Positions 37,427 through 50,400 are shown, numbered from the stretch's first letter. The stretch: DNA of 64,000 bases from Setoptus koraiensis (GCA_048013815.1 CM106586.1:6696001-6760000); one strand, 5' to 3'. Translations and numbers: made by a program. Notes: a model not told the origin generated them from the sequence alone.

Positions 37427-38797
37427 TTAATCATACATGATTAAATCGGCGGCGCTGTGAAAGTCATTAAGCGACGATGAATTAGAGGTTGTGAGACCAT
37501 CGGAAGTATATTGACTATTATAGGCAGTTGTAATACTTTGACTGATATCACCTTCATCATCGGTGCCCAATAAAAATTCGTGATGTTTTATCAGTTGCTC
37601 GGTAAGAACTGCCTGAATACTAATCATCTGCAGTGTTTCCAACCCGCCGGACAGCTCCAACTCTTTAGGTTTGAGAAGATTTGGTGCCCAAACAATGGCG
37701 ACATTCTTCGAGTCCATACCAGTCTTATCTCCATTGGCTGCTATGCAAGCAAGATGGCGAATGAGAAACTTGAGGGTCTTATAATGAACTTTTGGCAGTT
37801 GCAAAAGGAGCAGTCTGAGATCTTCTAGAATGGCTTGGTGTGTTTTGATTTGCTCTTGTTGTTCAGCGTCCTCTGAATCAACGTCTTTGTCGTTATTGTT
37901 ACCTTCACTTTTGATCTTATTTGGACAATTTGTTTTGGTTAGTTTAGTAGGGCTTGTGAATGATGATGAGATACACTTAATGGTTGAGTTCTCTACTATA
38001 GATGACATGGACAAAAGTTGGGGTTCTCTAGATGTACATTTTGAAGATGAACTGCTACCTGGCGTTTGCTCGGGCATGAATAGATTGACGAATTTGTCAT
38101 ACCTGGATAAGGTGATAAAATGATATAATGATTGCATCAATAACGAGTTGCTTTCAACAGCATATCTATTGGGTATCAAAATTAATGAGACTACTTACAA
38201 CTGGAATGTCAACAGAGGAGTTGGCAGCTCTCTAAAATATTGCTTCATAACACAAGCAACGGCGTGTGCATCGTTAGAGATATTCTCACTATCAATGGTT
38301 TTTTGGAGGGGATTCTCATCAAAGTCGTGACGTAATTGATGAATATTACTGCGCATACCAGACAATCGATATATACCAAATAAAATGCCATTTTTCTCTA
38401 TGTAATTGGCGCAACATCTTACAATTTGTGGTATGCAATCGTCACTAGTATTAAAAAAGTTGACATGATCTATAAGATCACAACCAAAAACTTTGGATGA
38501 GTGATTGTTGTATTGCTTCTGCGAATTGTATACCCTGGAATTTATTTTCTTTCTGGCTTTCATGTTACTAGAACTTCTCTGATTGCAAAAACTGAATATC
38601 CACAACAACTTTTGGTGGTCCTGTCTTTCGGTATCATTGTGCGAAAATAGTTGCTGCTGTTTTGTGTTTTGCTGTAAATTTTGATGCTTCAATCTCCTTT
38701 TTCGAGATTTCCTCACTTCATTGTAATGTGTACAGGTAGCTTCTTTGAATGAAGTGAAAGAATCAATCAGACGTCTCCCCAGTGTAGTGACTGCCAT
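37427..38797 (-). CDS. Rho GTPase-activating protein, ARHGAP32/33 (RICS/CdGAPr)-like GAP domain, 424 aa, 2 exons
   Basis: Exons 38797-38199 and 38102-37427 around a 96-bp GT-AG intron, which restores PLLTFQL|YDKF. Motifs VFGCDL, GIYRLSG (arginine finger), YFRELPTPLL, HYKTLKFLIRHL and NVAIVWAPNLL are present. Minus-strand AATAAA at 37270-37275. Confidence 0.92.
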
Positions 38798-41700
38798 GGT
38801 TTAACCATGTGTAAAATATCTTGCAATAGATCTAATAGGTCGGATGAACAGATTGGACAGAATAGTTTCCGTGGCAGAAAAAGAAAATGATAATATAGCT
38901 GGCAAATTTTTTACAAGACAGCTAGTGAATATTGCAGATGGTCATGGCGCAATGATAGTTGATTTCGTTGAAATTGTATGGTGTTTGGCAATAGTCCATC
39001 AGTTTAAAGTACATTCGTAAGACTAGAGATATAAGTCCATTTATTTTGTCGATGTTTAGAAAGCTTATTAGCACTTCTTCGTGCAGCTATATATCTTATA
39101 TAAATATTCTTGATAATAAGCAGGCGTCAAAATGTGTGTGTGAGTGTGTTGATGGATGAAGTGAAGAAGTCGATAAAGATCAGAAATATTATTATTGCGA
39201 GCAACTATTTGTGCCTTGTGTGTGGACAATGTTGGTTGTCAATTAGATTTGTTGCGCTATTTTGGGGATATTAAAATATATATTAGTGGTGGTGTACAAC
39301 TCTTGTGCGACTTTTAGTTAATCTAAAACTTGCGGCAATATGTAAGAACGCTGGTGGCGGCGTAATTATGCTCGAGCTTATTAAATGAACTTATTTGGCT
39401 ACTAGTCAATTTTTGTCACTTTGGACGAGAGCTGAGCTATCTCGTTTCTCGTATGTAATATGGCTAGTCGTAAATGGTAATATCGTGATATACATAGATA
39501 GATATACATACTAGCAATTACATTGATTATTGCTGCTATGATATGTGCTGCTGTCTATGTTGCTAACTAAAAGTATCGCTAGCGCTAGTGCTAAGTGAAA
39601 GATGATAGACACCAAGACGATCCTCAGCGTTCGTGATATCAAGACAATTCTGATGTCAATGGTTGTTAATTATACAATCATCTAGTTTAACGATGACTGA
39701 TTGGACCGTTGTTGCTATTGCTGCGTTGCTGCTTCTGTCGTTGTGTTTGGCTGTGTTTTTTTTTTTGTCGTTGTCGTTGCTCAAATGAGAGCACTCGTCG
39801 TGTTAGTTGATAAGAAGTGATAATGGGAATTAATAAAGTTCACTCACTAACTAGCTGTGGTGTAATATAATCAAGCGGCAACGATCATCTATTTTGCTGG
39901 GTTCACCTATTGTTTGTGGGTGCGCTAGTGGTTGCAAGTTGCCGAAATTGATCTGACTTTGCGTAATAGTAATAGTTGATTATTATAATACTAACTTTAG
40001 TGGTGATAATGATAGTAGTAATGTCTGCGCGAGTCCTCTGACTGTGGTTCTTCTTACATCTTATTATTTATCAGCGATGATTTTATTGAGCGGTTATTGA
40101 GCCTGAGCATGTTTCTATATTGTGAGCATTATATTTATGTCTATGTGATTGTGGTGCAAAGTGAAAATTCATTGTTGATCCATTATCTTGATGTTATTGT
40201 GTGTGTGTGCCTAACAGGCTAATTGTCATGAGAATTTGCTGGTGCTGTACTAGGTTTCGTGGTATTAGTGGTGGTTGTCATGATGATGATGTTGTTGATG
40301 GTGATGGTGGTGGCGGCGGCGGTGGCGGCATCAGTGACTGAGCTAGAGTGACTGGGAATGGCTTAATCGAGGGGAAAATATAAACACGGAACTGGCAGTG
40401 GTTGATGGATAGATAATGTTGTTGTAAATAATAATATTATTAGCGATATCTCCGTCAAGTCCGTTGTGTCAACCTGGAGTGTTCACCTGAAGTGTTGAGT
40501 GAATTATGAAAATTGTTGTTGAAAATTGTTTCGATAATTGTTTGCCTGTGGTGCCAGCGCGGTATGGAAATTGTGTCTGTTTCAATACTGTAAACAGTTT
40601 ATTGCCAACACATTACCAGTCAATTAATATTAACAAATTGTTAATAACAATATAGTGTGTGTGTTGGATTACTCGAATGCAATAATAGCGTCCGTCCAAG
40701 GATAACCGTAACCATTATTGTTGTTGCTGCTCGACTGGATGGCGTCTGGATTGCTATCAGTGTTATTAATAATAATATTTATTCATTGGTGTATTTGTCG
40801 TAATATCTGTCTCTGTATCTATCGTGTGTTTATCGTATGTGTGGTAAATTAACAAGAGTGATAATTATTTGTAAGCTCTGCTGCTGCTGCTGATGTGGTG
40901 GCGGTTGTTATGGTTGTGGTTGTTGTTGTTAACGTTTATTAATGCGTGGCTTCTTGCGCTAACGCTATTACGTATTTGTAAGTCGAATGTTTTCGCTTTG
41001 CCCATGTCCTGCGCCCTCTGTGCAACTTAAACACTGCGCAAGCAAGTGTCTGTCTGGCCGGCTCTGTGTGCGCATCGATTTGTGTGTCTCGTGAGCAGCC
41101 TCTGTGGTGCACCGTGTATTTGAATGCATTTGAAACACTGTGTGTTGTTGTTTCGAAATTCGAATGCTAGGATTGGTGTTGATTTGTTCGATTCTGTCGC
41201 TGCTGAACTCGCTGCAGTGCATTCGCAATGGTGTTGGCAACTTTAGACGCACCACAATTGCCAGCTGCCGTGTACACTTGTGTCCACTCTCGCAACTCTT
41301 CTTTTCCCTCTTACTCACCCCGGCCAGCGAACAATGAGCGACCTATAACGCTCCGTTCGCCCAACACTAACTTGTAAACGTCCGCCTGCCTGCAGGAACC
41401 GACTGCGCTGCCGAGCTCGGTCCTGCTCGGCACACAAAACAACGACGGACGCTTTCTCGCCTGAGCGCTCTTGTCTGCGACTCAACTGCAGCTTGCCAGC
41501 CGCGCTCCCCTGTCAACCTGCAGCCTGCAAATAGCTGCACACGGCCATTGCCTGCCGTCGCACTGGTACAGTGTGCACTTTTTACAAGTTATGACTAATG
41601 CACTTTAGCGAGAAACTTCTCTCTCTCTCTCCCTCTCTCTCCCCTTCTATCTCGGTCGGTCGCCAAGCTCGCCTGTCCAAATACAGCAACACTTGTTTAC

Positions 41701-42559
41701 TATGTTGTAAGTGTGTTACCATAGGGACGGATTGCGCTATTCTGTCATTATTCGACACACTCATGACGATCTCCGTCTAAGTTCGACGGTCTAACTCTTC
41801 CTTGCTATTCCGCGCCAACCAAACCCCTACATTATTTTCTTTTTGCAGGAAACTTGCCAGTGATGCTAACCCAACTTATGGACTTACCTCGAACGGCGAG
41901 CAAACGGAATGTTGTCCCCGTCCCAATCGCGCCTAAAGCCGCGTGCAGACTCAAAAACACGGAGCAGCATCCCGATAAAGGTGTAACTGTCTTGTTGTCT
42001 CGCAGATCGGATGATAAAAGTTCTTCATTAAGTATACCACAATTGCTAACAATCAAAGCAAACAAGATTAGTCATAGATAACAACAAGTTTGTGTGCCTA
42101 CCCATACATTAGTGCCATCGTTACACTAGCTGTGTGCTGCTGGTGCTCACGATTATATCATGATGTTCCAGTTGTTTCGTAACTAAAGTATACAGACAGA
42201 TTGTGAGTCTTCTGGGACACCAATTGAGGAGGGAGGTAATAGACTCTTGTACTGGGTGGAAATCTGCCAATACCTTTGGCCGTAGTTCAAGAGGAATGCG
42301 CCAGAGGCGCTTGCGTCAGCCTAAAAATGCACTGAAAAGCTCGAGGTGACTCGATAAATGTTCGGGTGCGCTCGTGGTCACGAAACGTGTACAGTACAAT
42401 CGAGTGCGCAATGATGGTGACACGAGGGTCGAATTTGTGCTCTCCCCCCGCTCATTGGACTCACCGCACCGAGGGCGTACTACACGTAGTGCGGCTGCAC
42501 CGTGTGCATTATCTACCCCTTTGTGAATTCACTTTCAAGGAACTCAAAACCAAGACGGT

Positions 42560-43072
42560 TTGAATGTCAACAACAACACGAATGTGTCACCACTGAACAA
42601 CCCAAATGCACCACCTAACAACATGTATGCACTAATCAACAACTTGAATGTACCACAAGGGAACTCAAATGTACCACCGAACAACCCGACTGGACCATCA
42701 GACTACCAGTTGAACATGATTGCAAGGCAGAATGTGTACGACCCAAACAGAAACTTGAATGAAAACTACAGTTATGGTCCATCAGGAGGTGATGGTCGTC
42801 ATTACAACCCACCTACTAGGAACATACATACGACATCCATCAATATAAAGTTGAACAATACAAACTATTCGACTTGGAAATTCACGATCAAACAAATATT
42901 ACAAAACCGCCAGCTTTCGAGAGTCGTATACGGAGATACTTCAGATATGCACCCAACTGAAGTACAACATAGAGATGCTGAAGCTTCTGAGCTGCTTACG
43001 ACCTCGCTAGATCCTAAAATTGTCAACAAGATCATACTGTGCAAGAATTCACGTGATATATGGGACAAGTAA
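42560..43072 (+). pseudogene. Truncated Ty1/copia-type Gag (N-terminal capsid region) with N/P-rich leader
   Basis: KLNNTNYSTWKFTIKQIL...DAEASELLTTSLDPKIVNKIILCKNSRDIWDK matches the copia Gag pattern (KL..tNY..WK...; D..A..l....l......i..c.ta.eiW). Stop directly after IWDK; no pol or LTR seen. Confidence 0.8.
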
Positions 43073-43180
43073 TACTGATCAAATCAGTATTTCGAGCGCT
43101 TAATTTTTCGTGTGGAAAAGTATTGTTGAAGAATTCAAAGGAGTTTATGACAACCTGTTAACCACCGAACTTGAAAATGT

Positions 43181-43224
43181 GACCATCGAACATAGACCAT
43201 CGAACACTGACCACCGAACATCGA
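43181..43224. repeat. 14-bp tandem repeat running into the assembly gap
   Basis: gaccatcgaacata / gaccatcgaacact / gaccaccgaacatc, then ga and N. Confidence 0.85.
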
Positions 43225-43724
43225 NNNNNNNNNNNNNNNNNNNNNNNNNNNNNNNNNNNNNNNNNNNNNNNNNNNNNNNNNNNNNNNNNNNNNNNNNNNN
43301 NNNNNNNNNNNNNNNNNNNNNNNNNNNNNNNNNNNNNNNNNNNNNNNNNNNNNNNNNNNNNNNNNNNNNNNNNNNNNNNNNNNNNNNNNNNNNNNNNNNN
43401 NNNNNNNNNNNNNNNNNNNNNNNNNNNNNNNNNNNNNNNNNNNNNNNNNNNNNNNNNNNNNNNNNNNNNNNNNNNNNNNNNNNNNNNNNNNNNNNNNNNN
43501 NNNNNNNNNNNNNNNNNNNNNNNNNNNNNNNNNNNNNNNNNNNNNNNNNNNNNNNNNNNNNNNNNNNNNNNNNNNNNNNNNNNNNNNNNNNNNNNNNNNN
43601 NNNNNNNNNNNNNNNNNNNNNNNNNNNNNNNNNNNNNNNNNNNNNNNNNNNNNNNNNNNNNNNNNNNNNNNNNNNNNNNNNNNNNNNNNNNNNNNNNNNN
43701 NNNNNNNNNNNNNNNNNNNNNNNN
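43225..43724. other. Scaffold gap (500 N)
   Basis: Run of N. Confidence 1.
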
Positions 43725-43910
43725 TACAGCAACGGTAGAAAAACAAAGAGAGAATCCCCCCGCAATCCTCTCACAAACACCTTCAACACCACATCAGGAG
43801 TCACATGGTCTAGATGTGATGGTTGGGTGTGTGTGTTTTTTAGGTGGTTTTTGTTTTTTGTGTTTTTTATTTTATGATGTGACAAAATATAATCATTAGT
43901 CTCAAGTCAT

Positions 43911-44534
43911 TGCGTGAGTTGCGGAATACTCTGGTCCTGTGCGAGTGCAATGGATAGTAATGTCGAGACCTGTAAGCCACGCTAAGGACTTGGTCAAACT
44001 ATTCTAGTGAGCAAGTGCAAGAACTGCAGCGAGATTGATTGCATTGACAGTGGCCCGATGATTGGTGAGAAGAAACTCAACATATATGAAATAAATTCAA
44101 GAAGCGTCCTTGCTATGGCAACAATTGGTGTTGGACATAAGGCCCTGAAAACCGTTTGCGCCACACTCAACTTACAAAAACCAATCAACAAGAACAGTTA
44201 TTCAGAACATGTGAAAAAGCTTGCTGATGCGAGTGAATTTGTGGCACGATCATCATTCAGAAACGCCGTAACCAAAGAAATAGAACCGACTGGATTCACT
44301 GATCTACATGAATATAAACATAAAGGAACATTGAGTGAAAATATTTTGGAGGCAATGTTACCGGTATACCAAAAAAACTGCAGAAGAAGCGTTCTCGCTA
44401 GGTGTGTCGGCGGGCACAACCAGAATGCTAATGAGTCGGTCAACTCACGAATATGGAGGCGAGCATCAGAGAAGACTTTCTGCGGATTTGAGGCACTAAG
44501 ATTAGCGGCTTATCAGTTGAGAAAACCTTTCTAG
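43911..44534 (+). pseudogene. Mutator-like/Kolobok-type DDE transposase remnant, catalytic core deleted
   Basis: N-terminal CxxC...GL...CxxC...YEINSRSVLAM..IGVGHKAL..VC..LNL..P is joined in frame to C-terminal Y.HK..L......PVY.......LARCVGGHNQNANESVNS.IW......F.G...L..AAY. In-frame TAA at 43983; no DGTW or GDGD motifs. Confidence 0.75.
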
Positions 44535-44612
44535 CATCAATATTTTTGTGGTTATGATGCGATGTCGTCAAGTTGGTTGATATCTGATTCACAAGAGCTA
44601 GAGACCAAGAAC

Positions 44613-45158
44613 ATGCAGCGAACGATTGCAAAATTAGAGAAACCAAAATATAAAAGATCAGATATACCTACATACCGTGGTTATGATGATCGAATTACCT
44701 CCACCGATTGGATTAAATTTTATAATCGATTCGCTGAAGAAGACGATCGGCCTGAAGCAAGGAAAATCCGCCAAATGTGTGCTTATCTTGGTAAATTGGC
44801 ACTTCAATGGTACTTCAATCATATACAGGATTTCGATCTCGATTGGGAACAAGTCGAAGAGATATTTACAGATCCATTTGGAGTTGACGATAGACCAGAC
44901 TTCAACAAGATTTTCGATAAACGATGGAACCCTGAAAATGGATCACTGATGAAATATTATCAGATGAAGGTGAGCGAATGTGAATCGGCTAATATAAAGA
45001 ATGAGCTAGTCATACAGATTCTCACAAGAGGTCTACCTGGTCATATGAGGCCATGGTTTGTTACATTGAGGAGGTTAGCAGAACCTCAAGAATGGTCCGG
45101 AGAAGTGAATCAAGCATATGCTAATCATCGAGAGGACAAAAGGAGAAATCATCCTTGA
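44613..45158 (+). mobile_element. Ty3/gypsy-type Gag capsid ORF (181 aa), no pol
   Basis: IPTYRG...DWIKFYNRFA...K.....YL...ALQWY...DWEQVEEIF...F...ILTRGLP is the Ty3/Arc-like capsid pattern. ATG at 44613, TGA at 45156-45158; no zinc knuckle or protease follows. Confidence 0.75.
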
Positions 45159-45181
45159 AGCTCCATCAAATTTGAATCAAG

Positions 45182-45241
45182 AGTCCCCTTAATCACACGG
45201 GTGTATCATTAGACACAACAAGATACCTCTATATTTTCTAA
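45182..45241. repeat. ~60-bp dispersed direct repeat, copy 1
   Basis: agtccccttaatcacacgggtgtatcattaga...gatacctctat; three substitutions and one indel relative to 46749-46809. Confidence 0.9.
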
Positions 45242-46748
45242 CAATCTGGATGAAGGACTCTTAGACGGAACAACAGCGGGAACTCACGCCAAGGAGATCC
45301 GGGATCTAGTAATCAATGAATCATGGTATATATATTAATAATATTCGTTTTTTTTCGCGATATATAAGATATTATAATAGTCGAAAATGATCGAAACTCT
45401 TGAATCAATCTGGATGTTCAATCAATCTGTGATTGATCTGAGTAAAGACAGCCGATGAAATTCACGTGATACTTCAAGACTGCTTGGATCAATTACATTT
45501 GGCAACAGATAACACAACTCAGATTGGTCTTTCGACCGCTCTAGAAGGCCTCCAACCCCTATTGAAAACTATGAGATCCCATTTGCAGCCCAAAATGTCG
45601 TCAGCCATCAGACTATTTTTACAAGCCGGCAACAAAATCTGAGGCACCTACTCAGGGCACCCAAGTATGGCCCCACCAATGCAAAAAGGAATACATTAAT
45701 ACATCAACCACCAAATAATCCTTTAGCTGCCTTGAGACTACTCATTAAACCTTTGCTTTTCACTGTTACGGTAGGTCGACGCCTGAGAAAATCATAGAAC
45801 GTAAGGATGACTTGTCTCTTGGATTCAACTATTTCTTAATTTGCCTATTTCCATCTATATTAATGAAAAACCACAGTTCACAGGAACCTGTTATGCCGGC
45901 GCAACTATTGCTAGCTACGAAAACAACAAACCGAAACGCTGGTTTCCGCTGGAAGAGTCGGTCTTTTATTCACAGAAAGGAGGACAATTCAGAGACACAT
46001 TGAACAAATGGAATAATTCATTTTTTTCGTCACTCTATAACAAGTATACTCGAAGATCTCAAAATTGAATATGGATCTAATGTTGGAGAATTGTTTGATA
46101 GATTGGATCAATATAGTGAAAACAAGAAGAAGAGCAACATGAAGAAGAAGGAAGTAACCGATATAGACGACGAAGACACTGAAAACGACCCCGAAAAGTA
46201 TATTTGCTATGAGAGTCGTATGGCAGATTGGTTGAAGTGAATTATCTCAGCTGCTGTTTCAATTTTGTTTTTACATCATAACATTTTCGTCATTTGAGAT
46301 AATTGACTCAAATTTCCACCACCAACTTGCCTTACTATAGCGCATTGTGTGATGAAAAATTATGTTAGTCGTGACCCAAATAAAGAATCTGTATCAACAA
46401 AAACAAGTGTAATTTTTTTCGAACCATTTTTTTTATATCTAAATCTAGAGATTTATGGATTATTTTTAGTCATACGATGGAGCACATCGCGCTGATCAGA
46501 ATAGTCTTCAAATTTTCGAAATATAAGCAACGGATCAGAAGTTATCGTGTAAAAACGATGCACCTTGGTGTGCCTGTCTGACCAGTTACGTAACGTGCGC
46601 CGATAATCAAATGTGAGATTTTTCTGTGCAGGTATGTGAGTTGACTCCGGGGGCACGTTCTGTGTGAAAATCAGCACTCTAGCGGTCGCCATGGACACTG
46701 TGCAAGCGAGTCAAGATTGATAGTTTTGGAACACCATGTTCCCTTGGC

Positions 46749-46809
46749 AGTCCCCTTAATCACACGGGTGTATCATTAGATACAACGAGATACCTCTATG
46801 TTTTTCTAA
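46749..46809. repeat. ~60-bp dispersed direct repeat, copy 2
   Basis: Same orientation as 45182-45241, 1567 bp downstream. Confidence 0.9.
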
Positions 46810-47466
46810 GAACGATGTGTGAGTCACGGGCTGTGAGTCACAAGTAAATGTCAAAAGTAATTACATAAGCAACAACCGTTAGTCAATCGTATTGTATCAG
46901 TTCGCTGACTCACTTTATTGCATCATGGCGAAACTTGCCACTTCTCCTGATATCCCGGATACCCTAAACGCCTCTCGAGACTGTTCACGCCTTACAGCAC
47001 TGGTACGCGACAACATCGAGCCTCGGGTATACGCTCTAAAATTGAACGTGCTCACTCGCACATGCTGCTGTGCGTGCACCACTTTACCGCACATTATTTT
47101 CAGCTGATCTGATGAATAAAAAATATACATTGCGTTCTCGCATCAATTCCATCTTTACACACAATGTAATATAATACTAGCACAGACTATAATACACTCG
47201 TTATCATCAAATCTATAGGATATACAGATATATTTAGATATTCCCATCCCATGCTAACATATTGCTGCTCATCAAAACAATCCAATTCACCTTAACTACT
47301 TTTCACTTGGTTGGCAAGATCAATTTGTCTTGATTTTCAATCTATGTTTATGATTGAGGCACACGTTTCAACAAACTAGTTAATACCAGACACACAAATC
47401 CTAATTGATTGTTTCGTGATGAACATTTTGAAGCAATAACACTTGTTTTTTATAATCACACAAACA

Positions 47467-50400
47467 ATGGTGCGAAACGAGACAGCGAGACTGTCCAAGA
47501 CAAGGCCCCGGAACACTAATAATGGAGCCAGCTCGTCCAGAGTGCAAAATCTATCTCAAGTAGTATGTACTGTCAATAATAAAAAGGTACCCAATAGGAA
47601 GAGGAAGCGCCGGAATAGATCTCGTAATAAGCAAGCAAACAAATCAGCCAATCCTATACAAAACAACAAACCTAATCAATCATATGATGATATTCTAGGG
47701 AAGAACCTTGATGATGCCACCTATGAAGAACTCATCGCCAAATATGAGACAATTCAAAAGAAATTAAGTCAACTCAACAAATTAGACGGTAGTGATAATT
47801 CAGATTCGTCCATGGTGAGGAGAAACGCCCAAACCATCTCTCAGCCGAGACTTTCGCGAGATGTTGATGAACGCTTCCAGTTACTACACGCCACTACCAA
47901 TTCCGATAACAGATTCTGCCTACAAGAAACACATGATATTAATCCTATTGATCCTCGCTTCATCCAGCCAATTATCCAGCTTCCTAGTAACCAATCAAAT
48001 GCCTATCTAAGACCAAACTCAGAAACAATTCAACCTTCTACTCAATCGGCCAATAATGTTTCCAATCACGAAACTCGCGACAATCATCTTGTTGATCCTC
48101 TATCAGATGAAGAGTTCCTAAGTGCCACTAGCGGCAGCCCTAGATCCCATCAATCTCAAACTAACTATGAACAAACATTTGAACTTTATAACAATTCTAA
48201 CCAAGGGAAGCCATACAGTCCTGGTGAAAGTTTGAGGATAGAGTCTCCGACATTGACAATATCAAGCGACTCATCCAGCGTCGTGTTATGCTATGATTAT
48301 AATCCTGCACACGGAAACTCACCCATATGCTCAAAAACAATAGATCATGGCCCTGGTTACGATGCTGCTTGTTGCGACATGGATATTTCGGATCTATCCG
48401 ATATTGATACCGACTTTGAAAGTGCAACTAATTCACTCAAACCAACTCAGATAGTTCAGAGTAGTAGTTACGAACATTCATCTCCCATGGAAGCCAATCA
48501 TGTCGATGCTGATTATTTTGAAAAGATATCTCCTGATTCTCCTTCTGATTCAGAAGACATCCAAAATGAATCTCCCAATAGAAAACGCGTCAAAATCATA
48601 CCAGAGAGTGAGGATGAACAAGGAGTTGATGAAGCAATCATGAGAGCCCAGCTACTGATATCCGAAGTCAGTAGGAGGTTGAGTGATGGAAAAAATGAAA
48701 ATGAGAAACTCTCAGCAGCCAAATCATCGAGTGGCAACAATTTCAAACAGCCTGTCCACAGTAAGAAACAAATGCCGGAGCCTTTTATCATAAGCGTAGG
48801 TTTTTCTTCGGATGAAGAAGAAGCAGTTGATACAGATCGGACACATGCTCGGCACTCCCAACTATCTGCTGTCGAAAAATTTATAAAAGATGCGAGAGAA
48901 GATTGCAACCAAATGATTATCCGTGACAAACCTAAAGTGATATCAAACATCAACGGAGGTCCAAATGGTCCACAGACCTATGATGCTGAAAAGTACGAGA
49001 TCGAGCAGAAAGAACATTCTACCTCACAAGATGTTCTTCTGAAGAAAAAAGAATTAAAAATCAAGTTGATCAGAGCTGGCCTTCTACGGAATAATGCAAA
49101 TTTATCAGAGATGCGCCTAGAGAAGGTCAAAAGAAGAGAAAAGATGTTGAAGCTCAAAGCTCATGCTCAAAAGCTCAGGGCACGTTATTTAGAAGCTGCC
49201 AATATTGCCCGTGCAGCAATCCAAGAATTTAAAGCCTTTGAGGAGAAGTTGATTAGTCAAGAAAAACATACGAATGCAGAAAGAGTGCAACTGTCCAAAC
49301 TGGAAAATGATTGTAATATATTGGGTAAGGCTGTTATTGGTCCTATCTACAGACTACCGGGTTCTGAAAGTGATAAAAACCGCAACGAGCTAACCTCAAG
49401 ATTGAAGAGTGCCAAAAAACTTCTAACTGCTCGTTTGAAAGAAATGGATAAGCACGCAAGTCCGAATTCTCCAGCAGGTGATAACAGAGTTAAAGCTCTA
49501 TCCGATATCAGCTCATCCATTCTTCAAAACCAAGGATCAGACTTGTATGAACGTATTAGGATGGCTAGGGTAGCTTTACGGGAATATATTGAATGGACAT
49601 TTTCACCGAGTGTCTCGAAGCCATTCCTTTGTTTCAGTGACAAACTGATGTATAAGCCCACCAGATACATGCAATATTTTATGCTTCCCGAATCTGAGAA
49701 TAAGATGACATCATTAAGCCCAGAGGTGAAAGATATAATTGATAAGAAAACACTATTTCATTCGAAACATCAAATGTTCGATATAGAAATGAATCATGGT
49801 CAGTCTAAACTGCACAAGCAGGCCTACTATCCAAAAGGAAGCGTACTATCTTGCCTAGCTAGTTCAAGATTAGAACTAAAACCAGAGGGGAAATCTATTT
49901 TTACAAGCCGATCTCACGCACATAATATTTATCCTAACGACTACATTTGTAATTCGGATCTTCTTGGATTGTGTCAAGATGTAAACTGTTTATATCAACA
50001 CAAATCAAAATATCTCATGAGTGATGTCGATAAGCTGGTTGATCTCTTAAGTTATCGGCCATCGATAGCAGGTTTCAAAGGCAATCCCAACGTAAGCCAG
50101 GAGCAAAATTACAAGGCCTGTCGCCTAAAATTAAGACATTACGCTCAAAATCTACTCGATACTAATCCTAACAAACCTATCGAATTGATAGCAGAAAATC
50201 TTGTAAAGTGGCTAACTTGTACCAGCACCCAATCAGAATTGATAACTATGACTAGAAAACTGCCCAAGATAAGTCATTGTGCAACGCCAAGTCTCTCTAA
50301 TCAAAAAGCCACTCTGATTGACGAAAATAATTTGAGAAGATTGGCAGGTCGCGTTGAATTCATCCCTTATTCTGAATATGAATATAACTTTGATTTCATG

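Noticed and set aside
42414-42440. TGGTGACACGAGGGTCGAA as a possible primer-binding site for the copia element
   Set aside because: Spacing between TTCGA and CCA does not fit a tRNA 3' end, and no LTR is identifiable
43110-43885. ORFs spanning the N run
   Set aside because: Artefacts of translating N as X
43726-43899. Short frame ending in a TM-like stretch (VMVGCVCFLGGFCFLCFLFY), possibly env-like
   Set aside because: The hydrophobicity comes from T/G low-complexity DNA; no other glycoprotein features
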